Below the pieces are notes generated by a model, which saw only the letters and a program-made list of their open reading frames with translations, had not been told where the DNA came from and ran no database searches. Positions 9,250-17,544 of a DNA stretch of 64,000 nucleotides are shown piece after piece. Each line of letters begins with the position of its first letter. Position 1 is the stretch's first letter. Origin of the DNA: Candidatus Eiseniibacteriota bacterium (lineage in GTDB: Bacteria; Eisenbacteria; RBG-16-71-46; SZUA-252); contig VBOR01000030.1 in the NCBI GenBank assembly GCA_005893165.1, positions 354 to 64,353 on the forward strand. The letters are read 5' to 3'. The position numbers and the translations under genes are program-made.

Positions 9250-9445
9250 GACAGGAAAGGTGAAGTGGTTCAACGAGGCGAAGGGATTCGGGTTCATCGA
9301 GCGCCCGGGCGGACCGGACGTGTTCGTGCATTACAGCGCGATCGTCGGGGACGGATTCAAGAGCCTGAAGGAAGGGGACGAGGTCACGTTCGAGGTGACG
9401 CAGGGACCGAAGGGGCCGCAAGCGGCGAACGTCCAGAAGCGCTGA
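9242..9445 (+). CDS. cspA: cold-shock protein (CspA family, S1-like cold-shock domain)
   Basis: The product [52 protein letters not shown] contains the canonical RNP1/RNP2 motifs. An AAGGGAGGAGG RBS lies 8-10 nt upstream. Confidence 0.9.
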   Translation: MAETGKVKWFNEAKGFGFIERPGGPDVFVHYSAIVGDGFKSLKEGDEVTFEVTQGPKGPQAANVQKR

Positions 9446-9549
9446 CGGCGCCGCAGAGCTCGCTACGCGCGGCTGCGGGGGCTCGCTCCGGTTCGTGTCC
9501 GGGGCCGTCCGTGGGAAGACACTCGTATGCGTGAACGGGGTCGCGGGTC

Positions 9550-11490
9550 CTAGTCGACGTCCGAGGCCCCGGGCGGGAGGTTCTTCCGCATCTCGAGTAT
9601 TGCGGTCATATGTCGGCGCACTGCTTCGGCCTCGGCGTCGCCGGGTCTGAGTCTCTCGACCCTATGCGAAAACCGCAGGGCCACTTCCACGTACCCCATA
9701 CTCACAAACCACCGCATGAGCTCGCGGACTGCAGCGGTGTCCTGGGCTGAAATCCCGAACGCACGCAACCCATGATCATCGAAAACTCGACGCTTAGGCT
9801 GCTCGGCCAGCACCGCCTGAAGGTCGGCAAGCGCAAGTCCCCGGGGCAAAGCGACAGTAGAATCTAAGACTGCCTCTGCCTCTCGATCTCGCCCGTCCGC
9901 GTAGAGGAACATCGCCGCCATGCGACGGTGGACACTCAGCAGCCCCGCGTTGACCTCCGGCAAATGCAGCAGCAGGTGAACAGCGTCATCCGCTTGTCCC
10001 GAGCCCGCCAGACCCATAGCATACGCGCGGACCGCGCCCTCGCACTGATGGTAGTCCGGCTCTGTTCGGCTCGCGGAGCGTGCGTACAGGGTGCGTGGAT
10101 CAATATCCACCACGTCCCGGTCAGGCGTGATCAGAATCAAAATCTCAGGACCGTCCGCCCGCTTTCTGTCCTCTGGTCGAACCGCCCGAAGAGTCCGGTC
10201 GCGGTACCAGATGCGCAGCACCTGGAACGCATACATGTGGATGTAGATGCTTCCTCTACCCCTCGCTTGGACCGAGAGAACGATTTGCGTGTTGGGGGCA
10301 AACCGCGGATAGAGCTGGCGAAAGCCCAATTCCACCTTTTTGAGAGCCGTGTCGACGAGGCGGAAATTCGATTCCGTGGTTTCTTCGGGGTTCTTCAGGT
10401 CGCCCCGGGACCACATGCCGAGTGTGAGGTAGATGCCGAGGACTGCCAGCTGCGTCCGAAGCGGAAGGGAGGCGAGCCCGAGGCCTGCCGCCATGGAGAA
10501 CCCGACTGCCGGGAAGGCGCCATAATAGGGGGCCCAGCCGCGAATCATGGCTGAGGTCAGAATGAGTGGTCCGGCGGCCAACACCGCTGCAAGGACGACG
10601 AACCGTCTTCGGGACACTGCTGGAAGGGAAGGCTCGTCTTCCAGGTCGGTGTTTCGGACGACAAAATACGTTGCGGCACCACCCACAAGAAGAAGAACAA
10701 CACCAAAGGCCGGCCAGGCCGGAAGCGGCCAGAACGCAGGTAGATTGAGCAGGGATATCAGATACCGGATGGCGTGCAGAGGCGATCGTTCCGGATGTTC
10801 GAGGCCCACGTAACCGGTCGCGCCACTTCGAAGGCCGCGCGACACAAGAATCCCAACGGCTGGATGAATCACGCTCCAGATAGCCACGAGTGCGGAATAC
10901 GCGGCAGCATGTATTGCGATTCGATACGGCTTTCGATCCAGAATCCAGTCAAAGAGGACAAGGGCCGGAATCACAGCAAGGGTCGTCTCTTTCGAGAGGA
11001 GCGCGGCGGCTACCGCCGCAAGAGCCGCACCGTTCCGCCGCGATAGGCGGAGATGAAGGGCGGCCAAGGAAAAGAGGATTGCCAGGAGATCCTGATCCAG
11101 GCAGGTCCAGGCGACCAAGGCAGGAGCAGCGCCGAGTCCCGCGAAGATCAGCCCTGCCATGATTCCCGCTTTTCTTCCAGCAAGTCGCGAAACAAAGGAG
11201 CCGAGCAGGATCACAATCGCGAGCAGAAAGCAGAGATTCAGGACGTGTCCCAGAGCGGCACCACCCCTCCCAGCGAGATCAAGCACTGAGAAGTAGACGC
11301 CGCGGGAAATGGGCCGATAGAAGGGATCATCGTGAGAGGGAAACCAATCATGGAGCTGGTAGAAAACAGCGTTGGTGAGAAAGTTGTAGTCGTCCCATAG
11401 GTAGGTGAACCCCACCGCGGGAATCGCGAAGATGGCCGCGACCACGGCCGGGGAATAGGGCAGGTATCGACGCATTTCAGCCCAGGACAT
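9550..11490 (-). CDS. GT-C fold membrane glycosyltransferase (PMT/ArnT-like, GT39/GT83-type) with C-terminal soluble TPR-like domain
   Basis: 646-aa protein with about 11 N-terminal TM helices, loop motifs typical of dolichyl/undecaprenyl-phosphate-sugar transferases, and a hydrophilic C-terminal third. Confidence 0.65.
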   Translation of the reverse strand: MSWAEMRRYLPYSPAVVAAIFAIPAVGFTYLWDDYNFLTNAVFYQLHDWFPSHDDPFYRPISRGVYFSVLDLAGRGGAALGHVLNLCFLLAIVILLGSFVSRLAGRKAGIMAGLIFAGLGAAPALVAWTCLDQDLLAILFSLAALHLRLSRRNGAALAAVAAALLSKETTLAVIPALVLFDWILDRKPYRIAIHAAAYSALVAIWSVIHPAVGILVSRGLRSGATGYVGLEHPERSPLHAIRYLISLLNLPAFWPLPAWPAFGVVLLLVGGAATYFVVRNTDLEDEPSLPAVSRRRFVVLAAVLAAGPLILTSAMIRGWAPYYGAFPAVGFSMAAGLGLASLPLRTQLAVLGIYLTLGMWSRGDLKNPEETTESNFRLVDTALKKVELGFRQLYPRFAPNTQIVLSVQARGRGSIYIHMYAFQVLRIWYRDRTLRAVRPEDRKRADGPEILILITPDRDVVDIDPRTLYARSASRTEPDYHQCEGAVRAYAMGLAGSGQADDAVHLLLHLPEVNAGLLSVHRRMAAMFLYADGRDREAEAVLDSTVALPRGLALADLQAVLAEQPKRRVFDDHGLRAFGISAQDTAAVRELMRWFVSMGYVEVALRFSHRVERLRPGDAEAEAVRRHMTAILEMRKNLPPGASDVD

Positions 11491-11707
11491 TTCAGAGGCA
11501 GCCTAATGTATGCGCACTTTTCCGTGCCATGCATTTTGGGCTGGGGAACTGGCCTGGTTGAGGGGCTACGGCTGGAACGCGTCTGCTTCGCCCCATACGA
11601 GCGGGCGAGAATAGCGAGCGTAGGTTGCGTGTCCGGGGGCTAGGGCGCGATGCGCTCGGCTCCGCGGAGCGAAGCTCCACGGCGGCGCCTATGATACCCT
11701 TCGGGGC

Positions 11708-13276
11708 ATGTCGCCCTCCTCGGTCCCGCTCGCCGGACTGATCGTCCTGGACGGTTGGGGCCTGAATCCCCGCCCGGACGGAAACGCCGTCGCGATGGCG
11801 CGCACGCCCGTCATGGACGCCTTGATGCGCGACTGCCCGCACGCGACGCTGGTCACCTGGGGAGAATCGGTCGGGCTCCCGCCCGGCCAGATGGGGAACT
11901 CCGAGGTCGGCCACCTCAACCTCGGCGCGGGACGGATCGTCTATCAGGACCTGACCAAGATCGACCGCGCCATCGAGGACGGAAGCCTCGCGCGAAATCC
12001 CGTGCTCCGGGACGCTCTGTCCCGGACGAAGAAGCGGAACAAGGCCCTCCACTTCGTCGGACTTCACTCGCCCGGAGGGGTGCACAGCCATCTCCGGCAC
12101 CTCCATGCGCTCCTCCGCATCGCCGCGGAAGCGGGGATCGAGCGGATCCGCGTGCACGCCATCTCGGACGGCAGGGACGTGCCGCCTCGCTCTCAGAGGG
12201 CGGACCTCGAGGCCACCGAGGCGGTGTTCCGCGAGATCGGACGCGGGCGCTTCTCGATCCTCTCCGGCCGCTATTTCGCCATGGACCGGGACAAGCGATG
12301 GGACCGGACGGAGCGGGCCTACCGGGCCCTGGTGGCAGGAGAGGGCCTGAAGGCGAAGAGCGCCTTCGAGGCGCTGGACAGGGCCTACGCCCGGGGCGAG
12401 AGCGACGAGTTCATCCAGCCGACCGTCGTGGAAACGCCGGGGGAGGATGCCTCGATCGCGCGGGGAGACACCGTGATCACGTTCAATTTCCGCCCCGACC
12501 GCATGAGGCAGCTGGTTCGCGCGCTCGCCGACCCGGACTTCGACGCCTTCCCGCGGCCCCGCTGGCCGCTCGATCCCGACCTCGTCTGCATGACCTCCTA
12601 CGAGGAGACCTTTCCCTATCCGGTCCTCTTCGAGGACGCGCCCCTGCGCGACACCATCGGAGAGGTGGTCAGCCGGGAGGGAATTCGCCAAGCGCGCATG
12701 GCGGAGACCGAGAAGTACGCGCACGTCACCTATTTCTTCAACGGGAGCGAAGAGGTCCCGTTCCCGGGTGAGGATCGCGTGCTGGTGCCCTCCCCGAAGG
12801 TCGCCACCTACGACCTGAAGCCGGAGATGAGCGCGGGGGAGCTGACCGAGGAAGCCGTGCGGCGGCTGGCCGAGCCGACCTACGGGTTCTTCGTCCTGAA
12901 TTACGCCAATGCCGACATGGTCGGGCATACCGGTGTGATCGAGGCCGCGGTCAAGGCGGTCGAAACGGTGGATCGATGTCTGGGGCGTCTGATCGAGGTG
13001 GTCCGCCGGCGCTCGGGAACCGTGCTCGTCACCGCGGACCATGGGAACGCGGATCAGATGATCGACTACGCGACCGGGGGTCCCCACACGGCCCACACGA
13101 TGCATCCGGTCCCACTCGTCGTCGTCGGGCCGGGCCGCCACGCGATCCGGAACGGGATTCTGGCGGACGTCGCGCCCACGCTCCTCTCCCTCATGGGCAT
13201 TCCGGCGCCGAAGGAAATGACGGGGAAGTCGCTCGTGCTGTCCGCGCCGGCTGGGGCAATTGCCCCCCGAACCTGA
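11708..13276 (+). CDS. gpmI: 2,3-bisphosphoglycerate-independent phosphoglycerate mutase
   Basis: LIVLDGWG, NSEVGHLNLGAGR and the metal-binding C-terminus ADHGNADQM align with iPGM along the full 522-aa length. Confidence 0.95.
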   Translation: MSPSSVPLAGLIVLDGWGLNPRPDGNAVAMARTPVMDALMRDCPHATLVTWGESVGLPPGQMGNSEVGHLNLGAGRIVYQDLTKIDRAIEDGSLARNPVLRDALSRTKKRNKALHFVGLHSPGGVHSHLRHLHALLRIAAEAGIERIRVHAISDGRDVPPRSQRADLEATEAVFREIGRGRFSILSGRYFAMDRDKRWDRTERAYRALVAGEGLKAKSAFEALDRAYARGESDEFIQPTVVETPGEDASIARGDTVITFNFRPDRMRQLVRALADPDFDAFPRPRWPLDPDLVCMTSYEETFPYPVLFEDAPLRDTIGEVVSREGIRQARMAETEKYAHVTYFFNGSEEVPFPGEDRVLVPSPKVATYDLKPEMSAGELTEEAVRRLAEPTYGFFVLNYANADMVGHTGVIEAAVKAVETVDRCLGRLIEVVRRRSGTVLVTADHGNADQMIDYATGGPHTAHTMHPVPLVVVGPGRHAIRNGILADVAPTLLSLMGIPAPKEMTGKSLVLSAPAGAIAPRT

Positions 13277-13644
13277 GCCATCCTGCCCAGAGAAACGGCG
13301 CGCGCGAGGCCGTCGGCGCGTATTCCGCGACGCAACGCTCTCCCGCGCCCGACTCCTCCACTAGAACATACTTGAAGCGAATCACATAATAGGCTGTGCT
13401 GCAGCTTGTTGTAGACGCTCCAATGTCGCCGCTACTTTGCCTTCTCTCAGCGCTCCTCGAACGCGCCTTCCCGGGTACGACGATTGCTCTTAACTCCGGA
13501 CACATACGCTCTGCCCGCCATGTTCCCTGCGGTGCGCGCGAGGATCGCCTGGTCCTGAGCTGATCCCCTCGACGAGACGATGCAGTTTCACTGGAACCGG
13601 GCGCACGCCACAGGCGGGGAACAGATCTTCGGCCTCACGGCCGC

Positions 13645-13682
13645 GACGGGACGTCCAACCCGGACGTCCCGTTTCGTTTTTC
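13645..13682 (+). terminator. rho-independent terminator (11-bp perfect GC-rich stem, 5-nt loop, TTTCGTTTTT tail)
   Basis: ACGGGACGTCC-AACCC-GGACGTCCCGT followed by a U-rich tract. This is seen directly in the sequence; the tail is present on the + strand only. Confidence 0.6.
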
Positions 13683-13703
13683 GAGGGGGTCCCCCGGCGT
13701 CGA

Positions 13704-13732
13704 TTGAATTCCCCCGGTCCCTTTGTTAGCGT
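13704..13732 (+). promoter_or_regulatory. possible sigma70-like promoter for sppA (TTGAAT-17-TAGCGT)
   Basis: The motif spacing fits; it lies about 50 nt upstream of sppA ATG 13781. The match is weak. Confidence 0.25.
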
Positions 13733-13780
13733 ACTCATCAAATCCCCGCGCGGGTAACCGGAGAGAACGAAAGCGATCGA

Positions 13781-14665
13781 ATGGCCGTCAAGCGCTGGCT
13801 CGTAGGCTGCATCGTGCTCCTCCTCGGCACCCTCGCGACGGTGACCCTTGCCCTCCTCGTCGTCAACCTCTCCCTGGAGCAGGACGGTCTGGCCCTCGGC
13901 ACGTTCAGCAAGCGGGTCGGTCTGATCGAGATCGTCGGGGACATCGAATCCTCCGAGGGGGTCGTCGATCAGCTGGAGCACATGCGCCTGGATTCCACCG
14001 TGCGCGCCGTGGTCCTCCGGCTGGACAGCCCCGGCGGCGGGGTGGGCGCCTCGCAGGAGATCTACGAGGCCGTGCGGAAGGTGCGTGACGCCGACAAGCC
14101 GGTCATCGCCTCGATGGGGGGCGTGGCGGCTTCGGGCGCCTACTACATCGCCTGCGCCGCGGATTCCATCGTGGCCAACCCGGGGACCCTCACCGGCAGC
14201 ATCGGCGTGATCATGAGCTTCCCGAACACGGAGGAGCTCTTCAAGAAGGTGGGGGTGCGCTTCGAGGTCGTGAAGACGGGCAAGTTCAAGGACATCGGAT
14301 CGCTCTCCCGGCCCATGACCCCCGAGGAGAAGGAGCTGCTCCAGACGGTCCTTTCCAACGTCTACGAGCAGTTCGTGAACGCCATCTCCGAGGGGCGCGG
14401 CCTCGAGCGCCGCGACATCCTCCCCTACGCCGACGGGCGGATCTTCTCCGGCGACCAGGCGCAGGCGTACGGGTTCGTGGACCGGCTGGGGGACCTGAAC
14501 GATGCGATCCAGCTCGCCGCCGGCATGGCGGACATCAAGGGCCGTCCGGTGGTCGTGCGCAAAGAGCGGCGCCGCGTTTCCCTGATCGATCTGTTCCAGG
14601 ACAAGCTGCATCTCGTTCCCGGTCTCAGCCAGTCGGGGCCCCGCCTCGAATACCGGCTGCGCTAA
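13781..14665 (+). CDS. sppA: signal peptide peptidase SppA (36K type, ClpP/crotonase fold)
   Basis: N-terminal TM anchor. The conserved motifs SMGGVAASGAYYIA (Ser nucleophile region) and GSIGV...K (Lys dyad) are present. Confidence 0.9.
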   Translation: MAVKRWLVGCIVLLLGTLATVTLALLVVNLSLEQDGLALGTFSKRVGLIEIVGDIESSEGVVDQLEHMRLDSTVRAVVLRLDSPGGGVGASQEIYEAVRKVRDADKPVIASMGGVAASGAYYIACAADSIVANPGTLTGSIGVIMSFPNTEELFKKVGVRFEVVKTGKFKDIGSLSRPMTPEEKELLQTVLSNVYEQFVNAISEGRGLERRDILPYADGRIFSGDQAQAYGFVDRLGDLNDAIQLAAGMADIKGRPVVVRKERRRVSLIDLFQDKLHLVPGLSQSGPRLEYRLR

Positions 14666-14746
14666 ATTGACGGGTGGGGGGACCGGTGCTAGAGTCCCGC
14701 ACTCGATGTACGAGCGGCACGAAGCCGCAAGGCGGAGGAGGAGCCT

Positions 14747-15022
14747 GTGACCAAGGCCGATCTGGTAGACGAGATCTCGGGCAAGACTCGAATCTCGAAG
14801 AGCGAAACAGCCACCATCGTGGATCAGCTGCTGAACGCCATCTCGCGCGCGCTGAGCGAGGGGAAGCACATCGAGATCCGCGGTTTCGGAACCTTCAAGG
14901 TTCGCGAGCGCAAGGCGCGCAAGGCGCGCAATCCGCGAAGCGGGGCGGAGGTCATGGTTCCCGCCAAGCTCGTCCCGGTGTTCAAGGCGTCGAACGAACT
15001 CAAGGGAGCGGTGCGGGGATAG
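14747..15022 (+). CDS. HU/IHF family nucleoid-associated DNA-binding protein
   Basis: GTG start preceded by GGAGGAGGAG. The product contains the GFGTF..R..RKARNPRSGAEV..PA beta-arm motif of HU/IHF. Confidence 0.9.
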   Translation: MTKADLVDEISGKTRISKSETATIVDQLLNAISRALSEGKHIEIRGFGTFKVRERKARKARNPRSGAEVMVPAKLVPVFKASNELKGAVRG

Positions 15023-15043
15023 GCGCCGGCCCAAAGGAGCGCG

Positions 15044-15139
15044 ATGGGAAGCGGAAAGAAGCGCAAGCGGAAGAAGATTGCGACGCACAAACGGAAGAAG
15101 CGTCTTCGCCGCGATCGCCACAAGAAGAAGAACCGCTAG
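15044..15139 (+). CDS. 31-aa highly basic peptide resembling ribosomal protein bS22 (not in the ORF track, which starts at 60 aa)
   Basis: ATG 15044 is preceded by an AAAGGAG RBS. The product MGSGKKRKRKKIATHKRKKRLRRDRHKKKNR resembles bS22 ([30 protein letters not shown]...). It lies between HU and rnr. Confidence 0.45.
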   Translation: MGSGKKRKRKKIATHKRKKRLRRDRHKKKNR

Positions 15140-15163
15140 CAGCCTGATCTCAAGGCCCCACGC

Positions 15164-17200
15164 GTGACGACACGTCCTCGCGTCGGCCGGCTCGAGCGCA
15201 CCCGATTCGGATACGGGTTCGTGAGGGTCGGCGAAGGCGAGGACGATTTATTTGTGCCTCCGTTCGCCATGGGCGGCGCCCTCCACGGCGATCTCGTCGT
15301 GGCGCGATATCTGGAGACCCGGCGGGAAGGGGATGCCCACGAGATCGTCGAGGTCCTCGAGCGCTCCCTGGCCGGCATCGTGGGCCGGCTCGAGCCCCGA
15401 GGGCGCATGACGCTGCTCCTGCCCGAGCGTCCGGAATACCCCCGCGAGATCCTCCTCACCCTCCATGGAAGAAGCTCGGTACCGCGGGGCGGGCGCGTGG
15501 TGGTCCGGCTCGACCTGAAGCCTCCGGAGCCTTTACAGGGGAAGGTCATCGCCGTGCTCGGCACGGACGATGCGCGCGAGGACAGCTGGGTGGTCGCGCT
15601 GGAGGAGGGAATCCGGACCGAATTCGATTCCCAGGCGCTGGCCGAGGCGGCCTCGCACGACGAATCCTCGGTGGCGCGCGCGGCGCACGGGAGAGCGGAT
15701 TTCCGGAACGACATCGTCCTCACCATCGACCCCGAGGACGCCAAGGACCACGACGACGCGCTCTCCGTGCGGCGCTCCGCGCACGGCGCCCACGAGGTCG
15801 GAATCCACATCGCCGACGTGAGCCACTACGTCTCTCCGGGCGGAGCGCTGGACCTGGAAGCTCAGGCGCGGGGGAACAGCGCCTACCTCGCCGACGCGAC
15901 CTATCCCATGCTTCCCGAGGCGCTCTCCGGAGGGCTGTGCAGCCTCGTCGAGGGGAAGGACCGGCTCACCCTGAGCCTGGTGGTCGATCTGGACGAGGAG
16001 GGAACCGTGGGGAAGAGCCGCCTGGTGAGCGGCATCGTCCGGAGCAACGCCTCGCTCTCCTATCCGGAGGCGGCCCGTCTCGGACGCGAGGGCGGAGACG
16101 GGATTCCAGCCTCGCTCGCGCTCCTGGACCGGATCGCGCGGGGGCTCCGGCGTCGCCGCATGGAGGAAGGGGGTCTGGACATGGACCTTCCGGAAATCCG
16201 CGCGCGGCTCGACGAGCGGGGCGAGCCGCACAGGTTCGAGGAGACGAAGCGGCTCCCGACGCACGAGCTCGTGGAGGAATACATGCTGCTCGCGAATCGC
16301 ATCGTGGGAGGCCGCGCGCTCGCGAAGGAGGTCCCGTTTTTCTATAGGGTCCACGAGCGCCCCCGGTATGATAAGCTGCGTGCGTTCTTCGACGCGGCGC
16401 GGTACCTGGGCCGCTCGGGGGCCGTACCCTTCGTGACGGAGGCGAAGCAGCTCCGGCGATGGGCGACGTCCGGGAAGACGACGCGCGACCGCATCGTGAA
16501 CCTGTATCTCTTACGGGCCATGGAGAAGGCGCGCTACGATCTCGTGGACGTCGCCCATTTCGGGCTGGGAATGCGGGGATACGCGCACTTCACGTCTCCG
16601 ATCCGCCGTTACGCAGACCTCGCCAATCATCGAATCGTGAAGCGGTATCTTCTCGACGGCGCAAAGCCCGGAGGGGATCCGTGGGCGTTTGCGGACGGCT
16701 GGATGAGCGCGGGCGTCGCGTCGCACATCTCCTCGACCGAGATGACGGCGGATGACGCGGAGCGGGCGGTCCTGAAACTGAAGGCGGTCCGCTACGCGCA
16801 GCTCCGTCTCGGCGAGGAGGCGCGCGGCACGATCGTCGGGCTCTCCCCGGGAGGTCTGTTCGTGTTCCTCGAGGGATGGTTCATCGAGGGATTCCTCCCG
16901 AAGCGGGCGATCGGCGATCCGTCGCTCACGCTGGCAGAGCACGGCTTCTCGTTCCGCTCCAAGCGCACGCGGCACCGGTTGGGTCTGGGGGATCCGGTGG
17001 ACGTCGTGGTCGCGCGGGCGGACCTGGAGCGCAGGGAAATCGAGCTTGGATTGCGGACGCGCGCGGCGCGACGGCCGAAGCATCCGGGTCGCGCGAAGAC
17101 GAAGGCGCGTGGGGGGCGTCAGGGAAAGCGTCGCTCTCGGCGGGCGGGCTTCAGTTCCAGAGCAAGGTCTCGCTGCCGGCGCTCACGCGGGTCGCGCTGA
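15164..17200 (+). CDS. rnr: ribonuclease R (RNB family 3'-5' exoribonuclease) with C-terminal S1 domain and K/R-rich tail
   Basis: The RNB catalytic motifs (DIVLTIDPEDAKDHDDALS; HFGLG...YAHFTSPIRRYADL), an S1-like domain and a basic tail typical of RNase R are present. Confidence 0.9.
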   Translation: MTTRPRVGRLERTRFGYGFVRVGEGEDDLFVPPFAMGGALHGDLVVARYLETRREGDAHEIVEVLERSLAGIVGRLEPRGRMTLLLPERPEYPREILLTLHGRSSVPRGGRVVVRLDLKPPEPLQGKVIAVLGTDDAREDSWVVALEEGIRTEFDSQALAEAASHDESSVARAAHGRADFRNDIVLTIDPEDAKDHDDALSVRRSAHGAHEVGIHIADVSHYVSPGGALDLEAQARGNSAYLADATYPMLPEALSGGLCSLVEGKDRLTLSLVVDLDEEGTVGKSRLVSGIVRSNASLSYPEAARLGREGGDGIPASLALLDRIARGLRRRRMEEGGLDMDLPEIRARLDERGEPHRFEETKRLPTHELVEEYMLLANRIVGGRALAKEVPFFYRVHERPRYDKLRAFFDAARYLGRSGAVPFVTEAKQLRRWATSGKTTRDRIVNLYLLRAMEKARYDLVDVAHFGLGMRGYAHFTSPIRRYADLANHRIVKRYLLDGAKPGGDPWAFADGWMSAGVASHISSTEMTADDAERAVLKLKAVRYAQLRLGEEARGTIVGLSPGGLFVFLEGWFIEGFLPKRAIGDPSLTLAEHGFSFRSKRTRHRLGLGDPVDVVVARADLERREIELGLRTRAARRPKHPGRAKTKARGGRQGKRRSRRAGFSSRARSRCRRSRGSR

Positions 17201-17544
17201 CGCTGCTCCTGCCGCCCTTCGGCCGAAGGCTCCGGCGCGGGCGCGTGGTCCAGTGCGTCGGCGTGGTCGTGCGATCCGCGGAGATCGAGCACCCGCGCCA
17301 GAAACGGAAATTCGAGCTCGCCTGCTGCTTCACGGACATGTCGGAGGAGGATCGCGAGCTGATCGAGCAGTACGTGGTGTGGCGCTCCATGAGGCGGGTG
17401 GGGGCCTCTCGAGGGGGCGAGGACGAGGCCCCGAAGAGGCGCTCCGCCTCCCGGTGAGCTCTCGGGGAGAGGAACCCCGGCTTCCGGGACGGGGTACTAT
17501 CCCTCGTTCTCACCCATGGCCCTGGAGTCCCTAGGCGGCACCTG

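Noticed and set aside
9446-9549. GC-rich hairpin CCGCAG...CTGCGG between convergent cspA and the GT-C gene as a bidirectional terminator
   Set aside because: A stem is present but there is no U-tract on either strand. It is too weak to call, so it is not listed as a feature.
13277-13645. Candidate RNase P RNA, tmRNA or SRP RNA in the gpmI-sppA gap
   Set aside because: I searched by eye for GGAAAGTCCGG / ACAGAACCCGGCTTA (RNase P), a tRNA-like TTCGAATCC...CCA end (tmRNA) and AGGAAGCAGC (SRP domain IV) on both strands and found none. It is retained only as an unclassified ncRNA candidate in the findings.
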